A DNA stretch of 64,000 bases from Promethearchaeota archaeon (GTDB taxonomy: Archaea > Asgardarchaeota > Lokiarchaeia > Sigyniarchaeales > SOKP01), in contig JAHPZA010000006.1 in assembly GCA_019058445.1 (NCBI GenBank), forward strand, positions 224,001-288,000. Direction: 5' to 3'. Position 1 is the stretch's first letter. Each line of letters opens with the position of its first letter. The notes below the pieces were generated by a model, which had not been told where the DNA came from, ran no database searches, and worked only from the letters and a program-made list of their open reading frames with translations. Positions 52,280 through 62,077 of this stretch are shown here, in pieces. Both the position numbers and the translations under genes were made by a program.

Positions 52280-53383
52280 CTATTTCTTAAGACTTCTAAT
52301 ATATTGATAAATTAATTCAGCAGTCACTTCTATACCACTTAAAGTACTAATTTCAGGTACATTGTGGCTAAATTTAACAGGTATTCCAACGAGAGCAGAA
52401 GGAATTCCTAACCATTTTTGTGTTTTTCCAGCATCAGAACCATACATTTCAAAAACCCCATTTTGATAGAAAATCTTATTTTTTTCTGCTACATTTGTTA
52501 GATCTTTACAAAAATCATAATCATAGATTCCTTTTCCAAGGCTATCTTGCCACACTATTACCGGTCCAGCATTAAGTTTAATATCTGAACTCACACTTTT
52601 AGGATCGGATACTATACCGATATCAATCCCAATTACTCGATCAATAGGATTATTTTTAACGAAAAACAATGCTCCTTCGGTTCCAATTTCTTCCCTTGTC
52701 GTGGCAACAATATAGACATCATAGGGAACTCTAATAATTCCAAATTCATCAACTAAGTTTTTTACAAGTTTATCAATTAGCACAAGATTGCAAGTAAGAG
52801 CTGCTAAATTATCCATGGAATATCCGGCAAGTATATCATTGTTAATTTCTGGATTTAACAATTCAAATTCTCCAGAGAATACAATTGGTGCTCCAATATG
52901 AATCTTATAATCATTAATTACTTCTTCTCTATTGGTTGCCCCTATAAATATTTCCAATTCTAGGGGATCAATTAATTCTTTCCCTCTTAATTTAGGAGGA
53001 GTTGAATGTGTTGACCTACCCGCAATAACTCCATTTATCCATACTCCGTCCTTATTTAAAATCTGGATTGTTTGTGAAACAAGCCATCGTCCCTCATACC
53101 CTCCTCGTTTTGAAAATTCTAAGGATCCATTTTTTTTTATTCTTCTCACAGTTCCTCCAATTTCATCAATATGAGATAGGATGGCAATTGCTTTTTTCCC
53201 TGTAGTCCCTTTAAACCTAACATAATAATTCCCTAGAGTATCAATTTTTACGGGAATTTGTTTATCCTTTAGAAGTTTTTCAACTTGATTTTTAAAAATT
53301 TCTCCACGAGCTTTTTCTAATCCCGAGGGAGCTCTTTCTGAGGCCAGATTTTTGATAATATTTAAGATTTCTTTTTTATTCAA
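52280..53383 (-). CDS. M42 family aminopeptidase (TET-like)
   Basis: APSGLE, SHIDEIG, SMDN, TREEIG, GIDIG, GSDA, SH. Confidence 0.9.
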   Translation of the reverse strand: MNKKEILNIIKNLASERAPSGLEKARGEIFKNQVEKLLKDKQIPVKIDTLGNYYVRFKGTTGKKAIAILSHIDEIGGTVRRIKKNGSLEFSKRGGYEGRWLVSQTIQILNKDGVWINGVIAGRSTHSTPPKLRGKELIDPLELEIFIGATNREEVINDYKIHIGAPIVFSGEFELLNPEINNDILAGYSMDNLAALTCNLVLIDKLVKNLVDEFGIIRVPYDVYIVATTREEIGTEGALFFVKNNPIDRVIGIDIGIVSDPKSVSSDIKLNAGPVIVWQDSLGKGIYDYDFCKDLTNVAEKNKIFYQNGVFEMYGSDAGKTQKWLGIPSALVGIPVKFSHNVPEISTLSGIEVTAELIYQYIRSLKK

Positions 53384-53565
53384 TGATGTTTCCCATTTTT
53401 CTTATATCTATTAAGGTGATTTTGTGAAAATTTATATTTATAATTTAACAGATTATAGATAGACTAAAAAATTTTGAGAATCTAATGTCTAGATGAACAT
53501 GATTAAATTCATAAAAGCCATAGATTTTCCAATGATATATTTTGAAGTAAAACGATAGTATATAA

Positions 53566-54006
53566 ATGATTAAAATGGAAGTTGGTCTTTTAAAAGAATT
53601 GCTTAACGTGGAGGATTCTTTAGAAATTGTAGTTAGATTTAATGATATTAATACTATGGGGACAGTTCATTTTAAAGAATTCTTGGATTATTTTGAAGAT
53701 GGATTTGTAAGTTTTATGAATAATATCCAAGATCCACTGGCAGTTAAGAATGCTCTTAAAAGTGGAATTGTATTCCCTGTAAAAAAACTTGATATAGAAT
53801 ATGAATCATCTGCTGAATTTGGAGATCACATAATTGTAAAAACGCGCATAAAAAGTATTGAGGACGATTCAATTTCATTTCTCCATGATATATATCGTGA
53901 ATCTGATAATGTTTTATTAGCGAAAGTTGTATGCGTTAGACTTGTTATGGAAGTAGATTCTAAAAAATTAGTGAATGTAAAGCAATTCTTTAGTGAATTT
54001 GTTTAA
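53566..54006 (+). CDS. Acyl-CoA thioesterase (4HBT/YbgC hot-dog family)
   Basis: VRFND..MG.VH...LDYFE, IEY..SA.FGD. Confidence 0.8.
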   Translation: MIKMEVGLLKELLNVEDSLEIVVRFNDINTMGTVHFKEFLDYFEDGFVSFMNNIQDPLAVKNALKSGIVFPVKKLDIEYESSAEFGDHIIVKTRIKSIEDDSISFLHDIYRESDNVLLAKVVCVRLVMEVDSKKLVNVKQFFSEFV

Positions 54007-54056
54007 AATATTTCAATAAGCTAAAATATTGTAACAAAAATAAGTTACTTTAGGAA

Positions 54057-54698
54057 TTAATTATCAGGAGCCATTGGAATAATTCTATTAATTAACTGTC
54101 TTCCACATTCAGTAAAACTTCGATAAATATTTCTTCGAAATTTATAGAGAGCACATGTTTCATAAATTATAGGATTATAATTATGTAAATCATGGCCAAG
54201 TTCAAACCAAAGTTGTTCCTCTTTAAGAATTTGCAGAAATTCTGCTTCTCCAATAACATCTGTGAGATCTTGTTTATTTAACATAATGATTAAGGGTATA
54301 TCTTTTATTAGTTTACCTTTTGCGACGTTTTTTAATTCTTTTAATGATTCAATATTATCTTCAAATAATTTAGTTTGGGAATCAACAACAAATATAACTC
54401 CATCCGTTCCAAGAAATACTTTTTCTCTTAAAGCAGAAAAGCTGCTTTGCCCAGCCACAGTCCAAATATGATAAAAGACTTGTTTCTGTTTTTTAGATTG
54501 AAACACCCCCCTATCAAAATATAAAGTGTGTCCGCTTGCTCTCTCAATTTTTGTGAGTGTGCCCACTGGAAGAACATCTTTATTTTGTTCTTGTGTTAAT
54601 TGATATAGCGTATCAACTATGGTAGTCTTTCCCGAACCAGACATCCCCCAATAAAGAATTTTTATGTATATTTTATTGTCTTCCGTAATTTGAACCAA
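54057..54698 (-). CDS. Small Ras-like GTPase, MglA-type
   Basis: G1 GMSGSGKTT, TLYFD, G3 TVAGQ, G4 NKQD, G5 TCA; start moved to TTG 54698 behind GGTGAG SD. Confidence 0.88.
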   Translation of the reverse strand: MVQITEDNKIYIKILYWGMSGSGKTTIVDTLYQLTQEQNKDVLPVGTLTKIERASGHTLYFDRGVFQSKKQKQVFYHIWTVAGQSSFSALREKVFLGTDGVIFVVDSQTKLFEDNIESLKELKNVAKGKLIKDIPLIIMLNKQDLTDVIGEAEFLQILKEEQLWFELGHDLHNYNPIIYETCALYKFRRNIYRSFTECGRQLINRIIPMAPDN

Positions 54699-54954
54699 AT
54701 TATATCTCACCAAGCTGAGGATAAAAATTTCGAGAGACCATTAACTTTTACATAATAAAAGACTATTCGGTTTTACACTCCTCATATCTGATTATGCAAT
54801 AATAATCCATCTTAGATATATTTAATATTGCTCTCTGATATTTATAACTTATTCTTTAAGAAATAAGATATTTCGTATTTAATTTCACCTTATAATTTGT
54901 GAGCAATTTTATCAGATACCACGGTAATTTTAAATTAAATAAAAAGAAATAGAT

Positions 54955-56061
54955 TTAATTTGTCGTGATTTTTGGTGGCGGCACATATACCTCTCTTGTT
55001 CCGGTTCTCTTCAAATTAATTGCGTTCTCAGGACAATGATGAGCACAAACACCACAGCCAATACATTTATTTTCATTAATAAAGGCAATCGTATCTTTTA
55101 AATCTATGGCTTCCATTGGACATCTTTCAACACATGTTCCACAACCTATACATTCTGAATCATTCACTTTTGCTAAATAACTGGTATAACAGTGATATGG
55201 TGAGATCCCTCTATAATACATTTGAAAAATACCACAACAACATTTACAACAATTGCATATTGCTTCTTCTTCTAATTCAGGTTTTAAATGCACATGAAAT
55301 GCTTTATGAACAAGCCCCTCATCCTCAGATAACTTTAAGACCTTTTTTGCGTCATCCTTGCTGATAGGTTTTCCAAAATTATGTTCAATTACAAATTGTG
55401 CGCTTTTACCAAATAATAAACAATTTGTTCTTTCTTGAGTTACTTTACATGGATCGTCTAACAGGTCTTTTTCATGGCGACAATAGCAATGTGTATAAGC
55501 AATATCATCATATTTATCAATTATTTTTGAAACCTCTTCATAAGGAATAATCTTTTCTGCCGGAAGTTCTTCTATCTCACCTTCAACGGGAACAATTCGA
55601 TTTACTGGAGGGAAGTTCTTAAATCCCTTAACAACTGTTTCATAACTTCTTTGGGTAGCCTCACTCATTCCTCTAAATAATTTATCGAATGTTTCTGCTA
55701 ATTTTTTCTGTTTTTCTCCCGTCTCTCCCCTCATTAATGTATATTCGAACATTCCTGGAAAAGGACCAAGCAGTCTATATACTTTTATGCCAGTTCTTCT
55801 ACTGGTCGTACCTACCACAATTCCATCCTGCATCAATCCGTATAACATCTTATGGAGGGAATCATCATCTAGATCGATTTTATCTTTAATTTGATCTATG
55901 CTTAAGCTCGGTTTTCTATTATAGACTTTAGATACAAATTGAGCTTGTTCTTCTGTCATTATAGTTTGTAGTAATTCAATAAGAGTCTCATTAATGGGCA
56001 TTGGCATTTGACCAGCTTTAGCTACCGTTCTTGCCGCTTTATACCATAATTGTTCAGACAT
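54955..56061 (-). CDS. Iron-sulfur protein with Cys-rich domain and C-terminal 2x[4Fe-4S] ferredoxin
   Basis: HCYCR, CNCCKCCCG, CIGCGTCVERCP, CIGCGVCAHHCP. Confidence 0.88.
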   Translation of the reverse strand: MSEQLWYKAARTVAKAGQMPMPINETLIELLQTIMTEEQAQFVSKVYNRKPSLSIDQIKDKIDLDDDSLHKMLYGLMQDGIVVGTTSRRTGIKVYRLLGPFPGMFEYTLMRGETGEKQKKLAETFDKLFRGMSEATQRSYETVVKGFKNFPPVNRIVPVEGEIEELPAEKIIPYEEVSKIIDKYDDIAYTHCYCRHEKDLLDDPCKVTQERTNCLLFGKSAQFVIEHNFGKPISKDDAKKVLKLSEDEGLVHKAFHVHLKPELEEEAICNCCKCCCGIFQMYYRGISPYHCYTSYLAKVNDSECIGCGTCVERCPMEAIDLKDTIAFINENKCIGCGVCAHHCPENAINLKRTGTREVYVPPPKITTN

Positions 56062-56265
56062 CTTTTTTTCCTATTTTTTTGATAACATCTAAATTAAAAC
56101 TACATAGGATAAGAGATTCATAATTTAATTATCTTATGTAAAAATTTCATAAGAAACTAGGGATAATTAAACTGATAAGCCAAACATAAAATAAGTATAA
56201 AAATACTGAAATTTAATATTAAAAAAAGAAATTATCTTTTAACCAAAAAATCAAATTAAAGGTTA

Positions 56266-57672
56266 ATGATGAAAGAGAGTAATAACGTCTATACTTCACA
56301 TTCCAAAAAGAATATGGCTTCTTATGGTTTTGCTAAAGCTCTCAGCCAATTTATTAGTATAGGGTTTACTGCATTTGGTTTTTATTATTATGAAAGTGAA
56401 ATTGGATTAAATGTTTGGCTTGTAGGCTTAGGATATATAATCTATGCTATATATAACGCGATTAATGATCCTTTAGTTGGGTACTTAACGAATAAACCCT
56501 TTAAATTTACCAAAAAATGGGGAAGAAGATTTCCATGGATCATGCTTGGAGGAACTCTATGGGTAATCAGTTATATTCTAATTTTCACACCGCCGAACGT
56601 CAACCCCGAATCAGAATCTGGAGCATTGATTCTATTTGCGTGGCTTGTATTTGCTGCTTGTCTTTTTGATACGTTTGCTTCAATTTTTTTCGTAAACTTC
56701 TCATCTCTGTTCCCAGATAAGTTTAGATCAATTGAGGAACGGAGAACTGCGAATGCCGTAGCTACGCCAATCGGACTTGTTGGGACCACTCTTGCCGTGA
56801 TTTTACCACCCTTTTTTATTACTTTCGGTGATCTACGATCATATATTATTCAAGCGGGAGTAATGGTTACTTTTGGCCTTATTATTTTGGCTCTTTCAAT
56901 TCCCGGTTGTCGTGAAGATCAAGAGACTATTGATCGATACCTTGCTACACATATCGATAAAACAGAAAGAGAATCTTTCTTTGGAACCATGAAATCAGCA
57001 TTAAAGCAAAAAAGTTTTGTCGTATTTATTATTACCTATACATTATATCAAAGTTTAGTCATTTGTATTCAGACATCAGTTCCTTATGTTGTACGTTTCA
57101 TTTTGGAAATGCCAGCAAGCGCTATAATATTGGTTTCAATGGGATTTCTATTAGGAAGCGTTCTTTCGATTCCTTTGTGGAATAAATTGGCTCAAAAAAC
57201 AAATAATAATCGGAAAACATTTTTGATTGCATGTATTTTTATGGCAATTTCTGCGGCACCTTTAATATTCACTAAAAGTTATATAGGGATTATTATTGGG
57301 ATGACATTGGTGGGTGTTGGTATTGGAGGTACATGGATCATGTTAGCTCCAGTATTAGCCGATGTGATTGATGAATCAGTCGTAAGAACTGGAAAACGGG
57401 AAGAAGGTATTTACAATGGATTTCAACAATTTTTTGGTCGTATAGCGATTCTTATCCAAGCAATAACTTTCGTGGTAGTACATACCCTCACAGGATTCAA
57501 AGAAGGCGCATCAACTCAAACCCCCGAAGCAATATTTGGGATCCACATCCATTTTGCTTTAATGCCTATGATTTTTATGCTCATAGGATGCATAATCTTC
57601 TGGAAATGGTATGACCTCACCCCTGATAAAGTAAAAATCAATCAGGACAAAGTTAAAGAACTTGGACTTTAA
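56266..57672 (+). CDS. MFS transporter, GPH/MelB family
   Basis: YNAINDPLVG, WGRRFPW, ADVIDE..REEG. Confidence 0.9.
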   Translation: MMKESNNVYTSHSKKNMASYGFAKALSQFISIGFTAFGFYYYESEIGLNVWLVGLGYIIYAIYNAINDPLVGYLTNKPFKFTKKWGRRFPWIMLGGTLWVISYILIFTPPNVNPESESGALILFAWLVFAACLFDTFASIFFVNFSSLFPDKFRSIEERRTANAVATPIGLVGTTLAVILPPFFITFGDLRSYIIQAGVMVTFGLIILALSIPGCREDQETIDRYLATHIDKTERESFFGTMKSALKQKSFVVFIITYTLYQSLVICIQTSVPYVVRFILEMPASAIILVSMGFLLGSVLSIPLWNKLAQKTNNNRKTFLIACIFMAISAAPLIFTKSYIGIIIGMTLVGVGIGGTWIMLAPVLADVIDESVVRTGKREEGIYNGFQQFFGRIAILIQAITFVVVHTLTGFKEGASTQTPEAIFGIHIHFALMPMIFMLIGCIIFWKWYDLTPDKVKINQDKVKELGL

Positions 57673-57800
57673 ATTTTTCTCACATCTATTTTAATAATTT
57701 TTCATGAAACAAAAAAAATTTAGATTAACTATAAAAATACCGATATCTAATATTTAAAAAACAAATTCAATTTTTTAAAAAAATATTTTAGGTAATTAAT

Positions 57801-59192
57801 ATGGAAAATATTGTACATTCAAAAAGAAGTATGGCATCCTATGGATGTGCTAAAGCTTTGAATGAATTTTTCAATATGGCATTTATGGCTTTTGGTTTCT
57901 TTTTTTACGAGACAGAAATAGGTTTAAATGTCTGGTATGTTGGACTTGGTTTTATCGTCTTTGCTATATGGAATGCTATTAACGACCCTCTTGTAGGATA
58001 TTTAACTGATCGTCCGTTCAAATTTACAAGGAAATGGGGTAGAAGATTTCCTTGGATAATGTTGGGAGGATCTTGTTGGATTCTTAGTTATATTCTCATC
58101 TTCATTCCACCTAATGTCAATCCACAATCAGGAGCTTGGATCATTTTTTTATGGCTCGTTTCTGCCACTTGTATTTACGATTTATTTGCTTCAATATTTT
58201 TTGTGAATTTTGCCGCTCTTTTCCCCGATAAATTCCGATCAGTAGAAGAACGACGAAAAGTTAACGCGATCGCTACTCCAATAGGGATTTTGGGTATTGT
58301 GACTGGAGGAATTGTACCACCACTTTTTATTGAATTTGGAAATACCACTTCGTATATTATCCAAGCGGGTATGATGATTATTATTGCTCTTGTCATTTTA
58401 GCGCTCTCTATTCCTGGTTGCCGCGATGATAAAGAAATAGTGGAACGTTACCTTACAACATTTGAAACAAGGAAAGTAGAAGAAGAGTCATTTTTTAAGT
58501 CCTTGAGAGTTGCCATGAAGCAAAAGTCGTTTGTATACTTTATCCTTGCATATCTTTGTTATCAAACTTGTACAACGCTCATGCAAACATCTGTTTCATA
58601 TGTTATACGATTTATTTTAAAATTGCCGGCAAGTGCTATGATTTTAATAATGTTAGCACTTCTTGTTGGAGCAGTGATTTCAATTCCTTTCTGGATAAAG
58701 TTTGCCAATAAAACAAATGACAATAGAAAAATAATAATGACCGCTGGATCATTGATGGTGATAGCTACAGCTCCGTTAATATTCCTAGAGAATTATATTG
58801 CCGTTGTTATCGCAATGTTTATTTGGGGTTTATGTTTCGGGGGTTATTGGGTAATGTTAGCACCGGTTTTAGCCGATGTAATTGATGAGTCCGTAGTAAG
58901 AACAGGTAAGCGTGAAGAAGGTGTATATAATGGATTTCAGCAATTCTTTGGTCGCCTTTCTTTTCTCTTTTCTGCTCTATCCATTGCGATTGTTCATACA
59001 CTCACAGGATTTAAGGAAGGAGCAGGACCAGAAGCTCAACCCCCTCTAGCAATAATAGGAATTCACATACATTTTGGATTAATCCCAATGATTTTTATGC
59101 TTGTGTCTGTTATCTTATTATGGAAAGGGTACGACCTAGTTCCTGAAAAAGTAAAAGCCCATCAAGAAAAAATCAAGGAAATGGGTCTTTAA
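57801..59192 (+). CDS. MFS transporter, GPH/MelB family (tandem paralog)
   Basis: Same motifs; long identical stretches with upstream gene. Confidence 0.9.
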   Translation: MENIVHSKRSMASYGCAKALNEFFNMAFMAFGFFFYETEIGLNVWYVGLGFIVFAIWNAINDPLVGYLTDRPFKFTRKWGRRFPWIMLGGSCWILSYILIFIPPNVNPQSGAWIIFLWLVSATCIYDLFASIFFVNFAALFPDKFRSVEERRKVNAIATPIGILGIVTGGIVPPLFIEFGNTTSYIIQAGMMIIIALVILALSIPGCRDDKEIVERYLTTFETRKVEEESFFKSLRVAMKQKSFVYFILAYLCYQTCTTLMQTSVSYVIRFILKLPASAMILIMLALLVGAVISIPFWIKFANKTNDNRKIIMTAGSLMVIATAPLIFLENYIAVVIAMFIWGLCFGGYWVMLAPVLADVIDESVVRTGKREEGVYNGFQQFFGRLSFLFSALSIAIVHTLTGFKEGAGPEAQPPLAIIGIHIHFGLIPMIFMLVSVILLWKGYDLVPEKVKAHQEKIKEMGL

Positions 59193-59483
59193 ATAAAATC
59201 ATAATATCTAAATCTTTTTTTTTCTCTTTTTAAATATATTAATCCCAATTCTACCAATCTAAAAAGCCATTGGTTTCTTCTCCATAATATTGTAAGTCTG
59301 TAGTAATGAATTAAAAACCCTCTCCAAATCAATAATAGATATAGTGTTTCATCAATATGATCTTATTTTATTTGTAAAAAACAAGATTTTAATATAAAAA
59401 GGATTATATTCTTTATATTATTCTAAATAAATAATATAGAACAAGGGGTTACTAATATATTTAACAAGTGAGGTTAAAAAATA

Positions 59484-60359
59484 TTGACCACCATTAAATT
59501 AACTTGCCCTTCCTGCAAAAAAAAAGGAATTATTGAAATCTCTGATGAATCTATAAAAAATGTGTCTCGTGGACTTCTTGCCATTAATGTTACACCAGAT
59601 ATAATCTGTGAACATACTTTTATTGCGTATGTGGATAAAAATCTAGCTGTTAGAGATTATTTTATTGCAGATTTTCAGATAGAAATACCAGAACTAGATG
59701 AAATTAAATTAAAAGAAGCAAAAGAAATAATCGAGAAGGATAAATTAAATTTAGACGCAATCAAGCTTAATTTATCTGCGAATTTAATAACTCATGTTCT
59801 TAAATCAATTTTTTATAATAAAAAAATAGCTATAATCTCAGATTTATCCTATTTAAACGAGCACATCATCAATTTCTTCAGACAATTAATCGAAGGTTCG
59901 TTTGATGCATATATCTCAGTAATATCAGTGGATGAGTATAAAAGTAACAAAAAGAATTATAAGGAACATATAGTCCTCAAAGGTAAAGATATTATAAGAG
60001 ATGATGAGAAAATCATAAATCCTAAAAGATTAAAAGTTGAAAAACAAATGGTCAGTCATTTCTTCATGCAGTTAGATCCAATAAACAGCTTTTTTGAACT
60101 CAAAAACGAAATTCGCAAAACGTTTCGATTGTCGCAATCTATAGTTAATTTTACCAGTCAATTTAAAAAAGACGTAACAATTGATTCTGAGTTAGTCATT
60201 GATCATTTAGAAAAGGAATTCAATTTTAAAATAGATAATAATTACTTAGAATTCTTATTAGGAATTGTTGATGTTAATTTCGGGGTTAAAAACATAAAAG
60301 CCGTAGGGTTAAAAGATTATTTGAAATTTTCTACCACCACTTTTAGACCAAAATTATAA
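59484..60359 (+). CDS. Hypothetical protein with N-terminal zinc ribbon
   Basis: CPSC...CEHTF; GAGGT SD before TTG. Confidence 0.75.
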   Translation: MTTIKLTCPSCKKKGIIEISDESIKNVSRGLLAINVTPDIICEHTFIAYVDKNLAVRDYFIADFQIEIPELDEIKLKEAKEIIEKDKLNLDAIKLNLSANLITHVLKSIFYNKKIAIISDLSYLNEHIINFFRQLIEGSFDAYISVISVDEYKSNKKNYKEHIVLKGKDIIRDDEKIINPKRLKVEKQMVSHFFMQLDPINSFFELKNEIRKTFRLSQSIVNFTSQFKKDVTIDSELVIDHLEKEFNFKIDNNYLEFLLGIVDVNFGVKNIKAVGLKDYLKFSTTTFRPKL

Positions 60360-60374
60360 GTTCCAAAAGAGACA

Positions 60375-61952
60375 TTAATATTGACAATCTCTCCTAACAT
60401 AACTCTCTGTAAATCTAAGATTTTTTCTCATTAGCTTTAAAAGTAGCTCTATTTTTATGTTAGTGACTGTACCATCATCCCATAGATTATTCATTTCATC
60501 AGGGTCGTCATTGAGGTTGAATAACTCGCCATGCTCACGAAAAACTGTTATCCTCCAGTTATCAGTAATTAATGTCCTTGTTTTTTCATTAATATACTCA
60601 TCATCCATTTCAACCAGGATATTCTCATTAATTTTCTCATTTGGATTTTGCAAAAGTGGAACCATACTTCTTCCTTGCATAAATTCTGGTATAGATAATC
60701 CCGCCAGGTCTAAGATGGTTTCTGGAATATCAATTGAACTTACTAGTGATGAACACACTTTTTTCTTTAGACCCTTAGGGATCTTCATTATAAAAGGGAT
60801 ATTAATTAAACCTCGGTATAAAAACGGTCCTTTAAAAAAGAATTTATGCTCACCCCCTAAATCCCCGTGATCTGTAGCATAGATGATCACGGTATTCTTA
60901 GCTAAACCTGTTTTTTCTAATACATCTAAAATTTCTCCAATCGCATCATCAATCATTTTTTCCATTCCATATGAAGCAGCAATAACTCGCTTAGCATCCA
61001 ATTCTGTTAAATCTTTCGCTTTAGGAAATAGAAGTCGTACCGTTCCTTCAGTATTTAACAATTTAAAATAATGTTCTTTATTTAATGATGTACTATTTTC
61101 ATGATTATCATTAAATGAAGTAGGAAGGATAATATCCTCTGGCTTAAACATGTCAAAATATTCTTTCGGTGGACTAAAGGGATGATGTGGGTCGGGAAAT
61201 GAGCAAAACATGAAAAAATTATCCTTAGAATATGTTCCATCTTGAAATTTATGCAAATATTCAATGACGTGCTCCTTCACAAAAGTCGTAGAATAAAGGT
61301 CTTTAGGGATATCATGGTTCCATACTTGTAGCTTTTTAAATGAGCCCTCTTCTTTCGGGGTCATTAACTTAGCGTATTTTCTTAGAATATCTCGATCCGT
61401 GTCTTCAGGTTCAATTCTCAATCTTAGCTGTAAATTCTCATCCAGATTTACTTTTGATACCACCCAGTTGAGAAAGTCTGGGTGTCCACACAAAATTCCA
61501 TGTCCTGATACCAGCTTAACTTCTTCAAGTCCAAAGTAAGGAGTATGATTCGTTAATTTTTTATAATATTTTGGCAGAGCAAATTCTTGACTTTCAAGAT
61601 CACCATTAAATTGTTTATTTGTTGCTCCAAAATAGTTTAAATGAATTTTTCCAAAATTGGCTGTATGATATCCATTTTCTCTTAAGATATCTACAAATGT
61701 CCTTGTCCCTTGGGGAAGATTTCTACCATTAGTCGTAACTCCATGAACTGAGGGATATTGACCAGTAAAAATAGTACTTCTATTTGGCATACAGATAGGA
61801 TTATTACAGTAAAAATTGGTAAATTTAATCCCTTCATTTGCGATTTTATCAATATTAGCTGTCTTCAAAACCAAATTATCATTATAACAACTTAAATGAT
61901 CCTTACGTTGTTGATCAGTAAAAATAAATAAAAAATTCATTTTTTCGGTCAT
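60375..61952 (-). CDS. Sulfatase (formylglycine-dependent family)
   Basis: TDQQR, CMPNR, GKIH, DPHHP, TDHGD, K. Confidence 0.92.
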   Translation of the reverse strand: MTEKMNFLFIFTDQQRKDHLSCYNDNLVLKTANIDKIANEGIKFTNFYCNNPICMPNRSTIFTGQYPSVHGVTTNGRNLPQGTRTFVDILRENGYHTANFGKIHLNYFGATNKQFNGDLESQEFALPKYYKKLTNHTPYFGLEEVKLVSGHGILCGHPDFLNWVVSKVNLDENLQLRLRIEPEDTDRDILRKYAKLMTPKEEGSFKKLQVWNHDIPKDLYSTTFVKEHVIEYLHKFQDGTYSKDNFFMFCSFPDPHHPFSPPKEYFDMFKPEDIILPTSFNDNHENSTSLNKEHYFKLLNTEGTVRLLFPKAKDLTELDAKRVIAASYGMEKMIDDAIGEILDVLEKTGLAKNTVIIYATDHGDLGGEHKFFFKGPFLYRGLINIPFIMKIPKGLKKKVCSSLVSSIDIPETILDLAGLSIPEFMQGRSMVPLLQNPNEKINENILVEMDDEYINEKTRTLITDNWRITVFREHGELFNLNDDPDEMNNLWDDGTVTNIKIELLLKLMRKNLRFTESYVRRDCQY

Positions 61953-62077
61953 TTTTAGGCTTCCATTTTTTGGATTAAACTCAAGATGTAATTTATCTAG
62001 TTGTTTATGTTAAAACAAGGAAAATTATAAACTTTTGAATTGGATTAATAAATTATTTAATAGATTAAATTAAGGAA

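Noticed and set aside
54700-54790. Short upstream ORFs before the GTPase as an MglB remnant or leader peptide
   Set aside because: Only 12-13 codons each, no roadblock similarity
59193-59483. Possible small minus-strand ORF
   Set aside because: Under 50 codons, no SD or recognisable motif
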